A DNA stretch of 64,000 bases from Lingula anatina. Its lineage: Eukaryota > Animalia > Brachiopoda. Numbering within the stretch: position 1 is the stretch's first letter; the number at the start of each line of letters is the position of its first letter. The stretch covers positions 39,658,788 through 39,722,787 of the forward strand of contig CM120640.1 in NCBI GenBank assembly GCA_051362555.1, given 5' to 3'. A program made the position numbers and the translations under genes. Of the stretch, positions 1 through 11,100 are shown piece by piece. The notes beneath the pieces were generated by a model. That model ran no database searches. It was not told where the DNA came from and worked only from the letters and a program-made list of their open reading frames with translations.

Positions 1-562
1 TTCTTAAAGTGCTTGTAGGAGCAACTTAATTTAAGTAATGACAACTTCCAAGTGCTGTTAAATAGGGAGAAATAAAGGGACAACAAACATTAATGCATAA
101 TTTTACATTTATATACATGGATGGACACTTTCAAAGCATGAACGTTCCGCATGAAACCGGTTATCACTGCTGATACCTGTTAAATTGCGTAGAATTAGCA
201 TTAGCTGTTGCACTACTTTTTCACCCAAATGCGATAATTTACATGCCGAAGAATCAAAAGATAAAATTGAATTAATTCAAGCTAGTATTTATTTCTTAAA
301 AACAAATATGTGTAGAGAACTCATTTTTACTATGTCTATTCCATTATGTAAGAAGCCTAAATTGTAACGTATGTTCCGGTAACGTGTGTTCCAGGTCATA
401 TATATATATAATTTGTATCAGGTTCCAAATATGTTGAAATTATTTAATCATGGGAAATTATAGCTGACGCAAGGACGTCTTTTATGAATTTTTGAACTCA
501 AGGGGCCTTGCGTCATGGCCAAAACGTATAGTAGGTCACATATGCTCCCTAGATAAAATGAC

Positions 563-805
563 AAACTATGAAAGCACTCCGAGAGCGCAGACCTCTGCCA
601 AGGCAGCGATTTTTGATTATTATTGATTATTGATTGATTATTGATCTGGATCACCACCAAAAACTAACCATCTCTTCCTTGGCCCACTTCTGACAGTTCC
701 TGAAAATTTCATCAAAATCGGTCAATAACTTTTTGAGTTATGTTGATGACAGACAAACAGACAAACAAACAGGGGTAAAACATAATATCCTTGGCGGAGG
801 TAAAA
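563..805 (-). mobile_element. Non-autonomous Helentron-associated interspersed element (HINE / DINE-1 / pearl-like), ~240 bp
   Basis: Read on the minus strand: T-run, subterminal IR ACCTCCGCCAAGG (789-801), (TGTT/TGTC)n microsatellite, partner subTIR CCTTGGCAGAGGT (591-603), short 3' hairpin GCGCTC-TCG-GAGTGC, ending TTTCATAGTTT. This matches HINE architecture; the family call is from structure only. Confidence 0.7.
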
Positions 806-1395
806 GAGAAGCTTATTCTTGCCCAAGCACTTGGTGCAATAGGTAGCCAGGTTTTCTGTTATCGACTGAAACATAAATACTGTTTTCATGTATAGTTTGA
901 CATTTCTGACATAATTTTTCCACTACTAATAAAAAATAGCTCATTTTATGTTTTTTTTTTGCTTTCAGCATGTTGCATTTTTTACATATTTCGTGGCAAA
1001 CAAACTAAGATCGGGGAAAAAAATAATCGCACTATACAGAAATTATCATTTTTTTCAACATTATGCATATAGAAAATAAATTAAAAAAGAAAACAAGTGC
1101 TGTTCAAATTTTCAAAGCGAGTAAAACTTTTCCATTTGTGACGGTAACATGTTCCTTTATGGGGTTAGATGATGAATGTATATTTGATACGAACTTCTTT
1201 ATATGGGACACTTAAATCATCAAACATAGTTTCTAATCTGTGCACCGTTTTAGATTTTGTCATGATTCTTTCTTTTCTCACGTAGGCCCTACAACTTATT
1301 GATTAAGCGCGTAAATATCAGGTGTGAAAAAAACATTGCGTTAAAAAGTAAAACGTTAAAAAGTAAACTTAAGAGTTTATCAACTGTTCACACAG

Positions 1396-1460
1396 ACCTA
1401 GTATTAAACTGATAGCAATATAAATGTGACATTTATATTGCTATCAGTTTAATACTAGGT
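1396..1460. repeat. Perfect 65-bp palindrome (32-bp arms, 1-nt spacer)
   Basis: ACCTAGTATTAAACTGATAGCAATATAAATGT-G-ACATTTATATTGCTATCAGTTTAATACTAGGT; the arms are exact reverse complements. Confidence 0.95.
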
Positions 1461-2410
1461 GACAAGCGTCAATGATCCTGAAAGGAACATAATAGATCCT
1501 TATCGGTTTTTCTTTGAAAAGAAGTTTCTGAACTACTTTCGTAATACTTTAGTAAATAAAGGAAAACGTGTCTCAATTTTTCTTGCCATTCAATATTTGT
1601 CTCGGATAATTCGGTTTAGTTGAGATCGAAGAGGAAAAAATGCAATTTTTCTGTTTACATAGACCTAGTATTAACTGATAGCAATAGGCCTATTTTTAAA
1701 GATATTGTTTCAATGTCTTGTGATTTTTTATGCCTGTAAAGTTTTGCTGTCTAGTTTCTGTTTAAAAATAGATAGGCAATTTGGACAGAGAGAGGATTAT
1801 GTCCCAGCATACTTCTTCTAAGAAAAAACTTATCAGTGCTTACTTGAACGAATTAGTGATATTCTGTCAGCAGTAGGTTTATGATGCACATGTAATCACG
1901 CGGTTGCTGGCTAACATATCACGTTGATACCTATGTAATGTTATGAAAGCGGATAGTAATTGATTATAACTTAATAAGCCATGGGATTGACAGCTGTGTG
2001 GACAATTCGCATGCGCTGAGATAACGTACGTCGTGTCCGTAAAATCTTTACTTCTGAACCTGCCACAATAAATGCTACGATAAGAAAAAAAACTAATCGC
2101 GAAGAAAGCGCTAAAGTTCCTGTTACAAAGATTACCAAATTTGACCCATTCTCACAAATATGTAACAAAAGAAAAGGGTGCAGTATTTTAAGTTAATGAA
2201 TTTAACACTCTACAATAATTACTCTACAATAATTTCTTTCGTCTTTTTAACATTAAGCTCGAGGTCGTTTTCAGAGCAACGGTACCATCAAACAAGGTCT
2301 GAAACTTGACTTCGATAATCATATGGATTTTTGAAATTCTGGATATATTATGCTCTGCTGCTTTACTGGATTGACTATTTGCTGATTAATTGTCTCTGTT
2401 GAACAACGTA

Positions 2411-2656
2411 GGGGAGACCGGGGCTAGTTGGACCCCGGGGTAAGTTGCCCCCCCCCCCCCATCAATTTATGACAACATAACTATGGGGTATAAGAATTGA
2501 TCACATCATTTTGTAAAGTGACCGTATCCAATAGTGCTAAGAAAGCGTCAGCAGTGAGTTCAAATGAAATAATTTAGCATCTTAGAGTGACTTTATTAAA
2601 GAGACTCGGTGGGGGGGGGTGGGGGGCTAACTTACCCAACTAGCCCCGGTTTCCCC
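2411..2656. mobile_element. TA-flanked MITE (Tc1/mariner/pogo-type); copies at 8837-9083 and 15263-15513
   Basis: TIRs GGGGAGACCGGGGCTAGTTG ... CAACTAGCCCCGGTTTCCCC, TA on both sides (2409-2410, 2657-2658), inner C-run/G-run symmetry, no ORF. Confidence 0.75.
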
Positions 2657-3013
2657 TAATTGAACGCGAGGATGCATCAGGGCATGATATATCCAGGGGA
2701 TCTATCACCGAAAAAATACTAGATAGGCCTACTGAAAAGTCCTGGAGACCCCTTTAAATAACTTATAAATTCACCTATTCATTTGAATGGAATAAAGCCT
2801 CTATAATTAATAGATATCTGTTTTTTTATTTAATATCAAATAAAAAAAATACCTGATGTCGATATTTCCTTCTTAAATATTCAACATGAAGTTGATTTAA
2901 ATGGCTGACCAGTTAAAAAAACTGGTCGAGCCATGATTCAAGAGTAGGCAAAATGCCTTGTCTGTCGAGGAAAATTTGGACTAGAAAATTCCGGATTAAA
3001 TGTGGCTATCATA

Positions 3014-4797
3014 CAACATTCGTCAAAAAGGTTGTCCCACCCCCAGTTTTGTGTGCTTTTATTTATAAATGATCACTTCACAGGAGTTTTGAAATTGCTG
3101 TGAATGGTGATTTTCATTACAGATACCATAACTTACATGATCAGTGGTACAGAAAATACAGACTAGCGGTTAAGTTATCCATATTTAATACCATTTTTTC
3201 ACATTTATTACATGTATTCCCTCAAATCCGGAGGTAAAGAAATATCCATTTAATTGAAATGACACCACCAAATGTCACCAAATTTACACACATCTAGCAA
3301 TAGGGTGAGCTCGTTAAAGGTCACGTGTCTATTAGCGTGTGTTTTCCACGTACTGTGCCGGCGCCGCTGCCTTCAACAAGGGTAACAATTCTGTTTTGTG
3401 GGAAATTGCCCCATGCCCCCTACAAAGCTTGGCGGAATTGATCCGGACTATTTGGAGTTTGGTGCTCCTCTGGATTGCACAATTCAATTCATGCCACGGG
3501 TGCTCAGTAGGTTTATTATCAGGATTCAAAGCTGGTTTGTCCAGCCTCAGAACATTGGGTTTCTGCAACAAATCACTCACCACATGAGAACTGTGTGCAA
3601 GGTCGCTGTCATGATGAAGCCTGAATCACCCCAAAGTCCCCTCTTGCAGATGGAATGAGGTATCAGTTGAGAATGTTAGGTTCAGTGACCCCAGAACTAC
3701 CAGAACGTGGTCAACCATCAGTAGGAACAAGCTGGTTTTGCTGCAGAATCAAGGTATTTCTTGTATGCCTTCAATGGTCAAATTAGGGCCCGTAGACATA
3801 TTGCAGAATGCTTTTTAGAAGATGTGTAGGATAATGTCGCCTGAGGTGTCCAGTCAGTCCACGTTTGGAGATAATTCCAAGCCGATGGTTTTAGTGCATT
3901 GTTCTCTCCGGAAAAGAACGTTATTGGGGCAAAATACTGAAACATTCTCAACAAATATCTCACTCAATTTGCAAAAGGTGACTTCAGGATTACTGCAGGC
4001 GTCATCGTGGAAATGCACTTGCTCACAACTCTCGACTTCTGAGTGATTGGTTGCAGAAGCACAATGTTCAGATGATGGAGCAACCACCTTTGAGCCTGTT
4101 ATTAACCTTACTAAACATCTGTGGCATGTATTGAAGTGTGCAATGCAAAGGAGAACCAAACTTCTAATAATCTGGACCAACTCCCGGAAGCTCTTTGAAA
4201 GAATTGGACAATATCCCATAAAACAGAATTGTTACCCATGTTGAAGGCAGGGCGCGCCACCTACAGGAGGTAATTACAGTGCGCGGTAAACACAAACGCT
4301 ATTAGACAAGGAACCTTTAACGAGCACACCCTAATGCCGAATGTGTGTAAATTTGATGACATTTGGTGGTGTCATTTCAATTTAATGGACATTTCTCAGG
4401 GGCGGATCCAGAGCTATGTTCTGACAGTCTTCCAACCATCCTCCAATTTTGACCGTCTTCCAAAAGAAAAAATTAGATACCTGTCAATGTAAACTTGAAA
4501 ATTTGACCGTCTTCTGGAAGACCCAGAAGGCGGCCTAAATCCGCCCCTGTTTCTTTGCCTCTGTGAAAATCACAGTGAAACGTTGGATTTGCGGGGGGTA
4601 CATGTAATAAATGTGAATAAATGGTATTAAATACGTATATCTTCACCGCTAGTTTGTATTTTCTGTATCAATAATCATGTAATTTATGGTATCTGGAATG
4701 AAAATCACTATTCATAACAATCTTTACCTGTGATGTGACAATTTATAAATAAAAGCACATGATAATGAAGGTTGGACAACCTTTTTGACCAATGTTG
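3014..4797. mobile_element. Decayed Tc1-family DNA transposon with two outward-facing 3' ends (foldback-like); copies at 9442-11225 and 15872-17655
   Basis: TA|CAACATTCGTCAAAAAGGTTGTCC ... GGACAACCTTTTTGACCAATGTTG|TA. Plus-strand frameshifted translations give Tc1 DDE-domain relics: FAAESRYFLYAFNGQIRARR, GVQSVHVW, HRGNALAHNSRLLSDWLQKHNVQMMEQPP, KHLWHVLK, VITVRGKHKRY*. The left arm encodes the same C-terminal part on the minus strand (SDLLQKPNVLRLDKPALNPDNKPTEHPWHELNCAIQR). Confidence 0.88.
4397..4549. mobile_element. 153-bp MITE with CAGGGGCGGAT TIRs and 5-bp TSD, nested in the Tc1 relic; copies at 10825-10977 and 17255-17407
   Basis: TTTCT|CAGGGGCGGATCCAG ... TAAATCCGCCCCTG|TTTCT. The homologous left Tc1 arm shows the empty site with a single TTTCT. 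Confidence 0.88.
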
Positions 4798-6895
4798 TAA
4801 TGTATCTAGAATGATGAATTTACCTTTTGTAGCCCTACTAATGCAGCCTTTTGACCATAACAACCCAATCTTTTTTTTGTGTGTAATCAATAAAACCTTC
4901 CTACATGTTGGCAAACACTGCTTATCGATTTTATAAGTATGTCTACTTGCCTGAGTCAAATTTAAATAGCAGCGCCGTCACGTATTGTCTCGTATAAAAA
5001 CAATTTATATATTTTATCTGACACGAACCCAACGAAAAGTTAATTAAGTAGAGCGCTAGCGTAGAAACGAGGTGAGGATTTAATTGGTTTCATGTGAATG
5101 TACTACAGTAGGATTTTCCTTATCAACTGCATCAATCAATAGCAAACTCATTTTAAATTTAAATTTGGTAATGGTTCCTTGGTATGCTACATTGCTACTG
5201 AAAGAGACCCAGATCCACTTAAGCTTTCAATGAAAAAAAAAAGTATCTGAACTACTGTCCTTACGTTTCATCACATTAAAGGGAAATAGTGTTCCGATGT
5301 TCTGACTCTATATTATATAAAGTATTGACGTGGAATGATTCTGTTAAGGTGGAATGGGATTGATATTATATTTTCATAAAGATTATCTTTTAAACATTTT
5401 TAATCAATTTATGATCTTTACTTTATTTTACAATTACACAACTCGTTCAAAGCAATGTAATATGTGACCGTTTACCGTTAAAAAAGGTGTTATGGACAAA
5501 AACAAATTTAATAGCAAAACATAGCAAGATTTGAAAATAATAAACAGAATATGAATTCAGTATGTCAAGCATAAATTTTAAGGTATAGGGGCGAACATAA
5601 AGTGGGAAATACTACAAGAAACAGATTCCCTGATGATGAATGTAACCTCCGCCTTATTCATGAGCTCAAAAAACGGGATCCAAAGGATATTCCCGGTTAT
5701 AAGCATCTTTGTTACCCCTTGCCTCTATGAGAAAACCCATAACTTATTTTGCATTGACAAGTAATAACAATCCCGCAACCAGGCACAAATGATCAAAATG
5801 TGATTTCGAATTATTAAAATCATATTTAATTTTTCTAAACTCCTTTCCCCCTTCTTTTTAGGCATTCGAATTCTTTTCTTGATGATTACTTTTTTTAGTA
5901 GCGCACAAATACTTAATCTAAATGTAGAAAACAACTTTTTTAAAGAACAAATCAAGCACATGCCTATTATGTGGAGGAATAGAATAGAAACCAATAAAAA
6001 TTTGAAATCCAGTTTCAATATTTTTGTTGTCTCAAATTCAGAAAAAAATTCAAGCAGGAATATTTTCAGTTGGTCTTATTTATGCTTCGCGAAAATGAAG
6101 TGGCCTTTAAGGGAATTTTAATATGTCTACACAACAAAGTGGCGGTTTGATTGTGGTGGTGCACGCAATGACGATCAATGAATTCATTATTCTTTACCGC
6201 GCCAAGAATTCAGCCAAACACTTTTTATTTGGTGTTATGTGTATTAAAGCTAATATAGAGCGAGTTGAAGAAAAATGAAAAATATTTTAATAGGTATAAT
6301 AGATTTATATGTATTTTTATTATACAATTTGTATTACAAGATATCAGATATATGCTTCAACAAAAATTTTACTAAATTATTTTTTTGTACTTATAAATGC
6401 ATTTGTTAAAGGTCTAGGAGAGAGACAATCTTTTGCTATAATGTAAAGTGATTTTTGTAATTGTAATTAAGTACTTGGGGATCCCGTTAAAACATTTAAA
6501 CTATTATTGTGATAAACATCCATATTAAGCTTTTAAGGCTCGCAAAAACTTCGATTGCAAACAATTCTTCAAGAAAAACCATTCATTGTTATTAATGACT
6601 AAAAAAAGCAATGTTCTCATCTGGTTTTGAGGTATCGTAAACGAAACTAAAAACATTAGGAGTAATAAGCACAAATGACTCACCACTTACACTTTAAAAT
6701 TAAAATAGATATTTCATTTATATAAAAGTCGACAGTACCATATTTCGATCTCTTTACATGAAGGAACTTGGTTTTTGAAAGCTCTCTTTCTAATCTCTAA
6801 ACTCAAAAATTCACATTCCTAATGTAGTATAATTCTTGTAAGGCTCAATTATCTACTTATCTCAAAACATTTTAAAGCTATTCTTGCATTTTATA

Positions 6896-6970
6896 TTAAA
6901 ATGACATATGAAAAAAATTAACCGATAGGTAAACACCTATCGTTTAAATATTGCCATATGTCAACTTTAA
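6896..6970. repeat. Small imperfect palindrome bounded by TTAA (possible tiny Kolobok-type MITE); present in all three units
   Basis: TGACATATG..TTAACCGATAGGT-AAAC-ACCTATCGTTTAA..CATATGTCA, with TTAA just outside each end. Confidence 0.4.
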
Positions 6971-7770
6971 TTGCAGACAAAAATTATCATTCATACATTA
7001 TGGTTTGTTCTTTTTTGTTTAAATTCTCAATTCTCAATGAAGAGAAATCAAGTAAATCTTTATGTAGCCAGAAGTTCACAAGCACAGCGAAGTTCTGTTT
7101 TTGCCTAAATGAAAATATATGAAGTCCATATAACTGAAAATTGTCATTTATTAATGAAAAAAAAATAATAATAATAAGATAGTTACAAAGTTACAAAAAT
7201 GGGGGGATAATCATACTAAGACTATTTCCTTTGAGCCTAATGTTGATGTATATAAACAAAATTATTACCACCACTAGAAACAAACCATTTACTACATAAA
7301 TGCAGTTAATTATCTTAATTTTTGCATATGAAACCTGAAGTTTGTTTCCTGTCTGTTTAATGTTTACTGAGCACTAAATGTGTACAGGTGACATTTGCTG
7401 GCTCTACGAAGAGTAGTATATATACATCTATACAGTTAGTATAATAATGACTATCATAACATGACATTATATACACATCTATACATGTGATATTTAAATA
7501 CGCTTTTAAGGCTGCTTTACGACAGTGACAGTGCTTTGCTTGCAACACATTACGAGTTGAGGATATTTGACATTTTAATTTCATCATTGTCTCATAGGCT
7601 TGTCTCAATTTTTGTGGTTATTTCATGTTCCTAACTAGGGTAGTGTACTGATTTTCTCATCATATTTGCTAGTCCCCATGTTTCATAAAGTATTTTGGTG
7701 GCTGATATCCAGGTACATGAATATTTCTTATCATCTAACTCGGCAAAATGAAGTAACACCATAACAAGAA

Positions 7771-8112
7771 AACCTGGCTACCTATTGCACCAAGTGCTTG
7801 GGCAAGAATAAGCTTCTCTTTTACCTCCGCCAAGGATATTATGTTTTACCCCTGTTTGTTTGTCTGTTTGTCTGTCATCAACATAACTCAAAAAGTTATT
7901 GACCGATTTTGATGAAATTTTCAGGAACTGTCAGAAGTGGGCCAAGGAAGAGATGGTTAGTTTTTGGTGGTGATCCAGATCAATAATCAATCAATAATCA
8001 ATAATAATCAAAAATCGCTGCCTTGGCAGAGGTCTGCGCTCTCGGAGTGCTTTCATAGTTTGTCATTTTATCTAGGGAGCATATGTGACCTACTATACGT
8101 TTTGGCCATGAC
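7771..8112 (-). repeat. Junction 1: 342-bp inverted copy of 512-853 (HINE plus ~50 bp of both flanks)
   Basis: AACCTGGCTACCTATTGCACC...TTTTGGCCATGAC is the reverse complement of 512-853; no differences seen by eye. Confidence 0.96.
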
Positions 8113-11100
8113 GGCCTATTTTTAAAGATATTGTTTCAATGTCTTGTGATTTTTTATGCCTGTAAAGTTTTGCTGTCTAGTTTCTGTTTAAAAATAGATA
8201 GGCAATTTGGACAGAGAGAGGATTATGTCCCAGCATACTTCTTCTAAGAAAAAACTTATCAGTGCTTACTTGAACGAATTAGTGATATTCTGTCAGCAGT
8301 AGGTTTATGATGCACATGTAATCACGCGGTTGCTGGCTAACATATCACGTTGATACCTATGTAATGTTATGAAAGCGGATAGTAATTGATTATAACTTAA
8401 TAAGCCATGGGATTGACAGCTGTGTGGACAATTCGCATGCGCTGAGATAACGTACGTCGTGTCCGTAAAATCTTTACTTCTGAACCTGCCACAATAAATG
8501 CTACGATAAGAAAAAAAACTAATCGCGAAGAAAGCGCTAAAGTTCCTGTTACAAAGATTACCAAATTTGACCCATTCTCACAAATATGTAACAAAAGAAA
8601 AGGGTGCAGTATTTTAAGTTAATGAATTTAACACTCTACAATAATTACTCTACAATAATTTCTTTCGTCTTTTTAACATTAAGCTCGAGGTCGTTTTCAG
8701 AGCAACGGTACCATCAAACAAGGTCTGAAACTTGACTTCGATAATCATATGGATTTTTGAAATTCTGGATATATTATGCTCTGCTGCTTTACTGGATTGA
8801 CTATTTGCTGATTAATTGTCTCTGTTGAACAACGTAGGGGAGACCGGGGCTAGTTGGACCCCGGGGTAAGTTGCCCCCCCCCCCCCATCAATTTATGACA
8901 ACATAACTATGGGGTATAAGAATTGATCACATCATTTTGTAAAGTGACCGTATCCAATAGTGCTAAGAAAGCGTCAGCAGTGAGTTCAAATGAAATAATT
9001 TAGCATCTTAGAGTGACTTTATTAAAGAGACTCGATGGGGTGGGGGTGGGGGGCTAACTTACCCAACTAGCCCCGGTTTCCCCTAATTGAACGCGAGGAT
9101 GCATCAGGGCATGATATATCCAGGGGATCTATCACCGAAAAAAATACTAGATAGGCCTACTGAAAAGTCCTGGAGACCCCTTTAAATAACTTATAAATTC
9201 ACCTATTCATTTGAATGGAATAAAGCCTCTATAATTAATAGATATCTGTTTTTTTATTTAATATCAAATAAAAAAAATACCTGATGTCGATATTTCCTTC
9301 TTAAATATTCAACATGAAGTTGATTTAAATGGCTGACCAGTTAAAAAAACTGGTCGAGCCATGATTCAAGAGTAGGCAAAATGCCTTGTCTGTCGAGGAA
9401 AATTTGGACTAGAAAATTCCGGATTAAATGTGGCTATCATACAACATTCGTCAAAAAGGTTGTCCCACCCCCAGTTTTGTGTGCTTTTATTTATAAATGA
9501 TCACTTCACAGGAGTTTTGAAATTGCTGTGAATGGTGATTTTCATTACAGATACCATAACTTACATGATCAGTGGTACAGAAAATACAGACTAGCGGTTA
9601 AGTTATCCATATTTAATACCATTTTTTCACATTTATTACATGTATTCCCTCAAATCCGGAGGTAAAGAAATATCCATTTAATTGAAATGACACCACCAAA
9701 TGTCACCAAATTTACACACATCTAGCAATAGGGTGAGCTCGTTAAAGGTCACGTGTCTATTAGCGTGTGTTTTCCGCGTACTGTGCCGGCGCCGCTGCCT
9801 TCAACAAGGGTAACAATTCTGTTTTGTGGGAAATTGCCCCATGCCCCCTACAAAGCTTGGCGGAATTGATCCGGACTATTTGGAGTTTGGTGCTCCTCTG
9901 GATTGCACAATTCAATTCATGCCACGGGTGCTCAGTAGGTTTATTATCAGGATTCAAAGCTGGTTTGTCCAGCCTCAGAACATTGGGTTTCTGCAACAAA
10001 TCACTCACCACATGAGAACTGTGTGCAAGGTCGCTGTCATGATGAAGCCTGAATCACCCCAAAGTCCCCTCTTGCAGATGGAATGAGGTATCAGTTGAGA
10101 ATGTTAGGTTCAGTGACCCCAGAACTACCAGAACGTGGTCAACCATCAGTAGGAACAAGCTGGTTTTGCTGCAGAATCAAGGTATTTCTTGTATGCCTTC
10201 AATGGTCAAATTAGGGCCCGTAGACATATTGCAGAATGCTTTTTAGAAGATGTGTAGGATAATGTCGCCTGAGGTGTCCAGTCAGTCCACGTTTGGAGAT
10301 AATTCCAAGCCGATGGTTTTAGTGCATTGTTCTCTCCGGAAAAGAACGTTATTGGGGCAAAATACTGAAACATTCTCAACAAATATCTCACTCAATTTGC
10401 AAAAGGTGACTTCAGGATTACTGCAGGCGTCATCGTGGAAATGCACTTGCTCACAACTCTCGACTTCTGAGTGATTGGTTGCAGAAGCACAATGTTCAGA
10501 TGATGGAGCAACCACCTTTGAGCCTGTTATTAACCTTACTAAACATCTGTGGCATGTATTGAAGTGTGCAATGCAAAGGAGAACCAAACTTCTAATAATC
10601 TGGACCAACTCCCGGAAGCTCTTTGAAAGAATTGGACAATATCCCATAAAACAGAATTGTTACCCATGTTGAAGGCAGGGCGCGCCACCTACAGGAGGTA
10701 ATTACAGTGCGCGGTAAACACAAACGCTATTAGACAAGGAACCTTTAACGAGCACACCCTAATGCCGAATGTGTGTAAATTTGATGACATTTGGTGGTGT
10801 CATTTCAATTTAATGGACATTTCTCAGGGGCGGATCCAGAGCTATGTTCTGACAGTCTTCCAACCATCCTCCAATTTTGACCGTCTTCCAAAAGAAAAAA
10901 TTAGATACCTGTCAATGTAAACTTGAAAATTTGACCGTCTTCTGGAAGACCCAGAAGGCGGCCTAAATCCGCCCCTGTTTCTTTGCCTCTGTGAAAATCA
11001 CAGTGAAACGTTGGATTTGCGGGGGGTACATGTAATAAATGTGAATAAATGGTATTAAATACGTATATCTTCACCGCTAGTTTGTATTTTCTGTATCAAT

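Larger units (their letters stand above)
1687..7770 (+). repeat. Segmental tandem repeat, copy 1 of 3 (6084 bp)
   Basis: Starts GGCCTATTTTTAAAGATATTG and ends CCATAACAAGAA. The same short ORFs recur at +6426 to +6430 and +12852 to +12860. Confidence 0.97.

Noticed and set aside
3332-4244. Cluster of short overlapping ORFs repeated three times
   Set aside because: They are frameshifted fragments or antisense frames of the dead Tc1 transposase, not independent genes.
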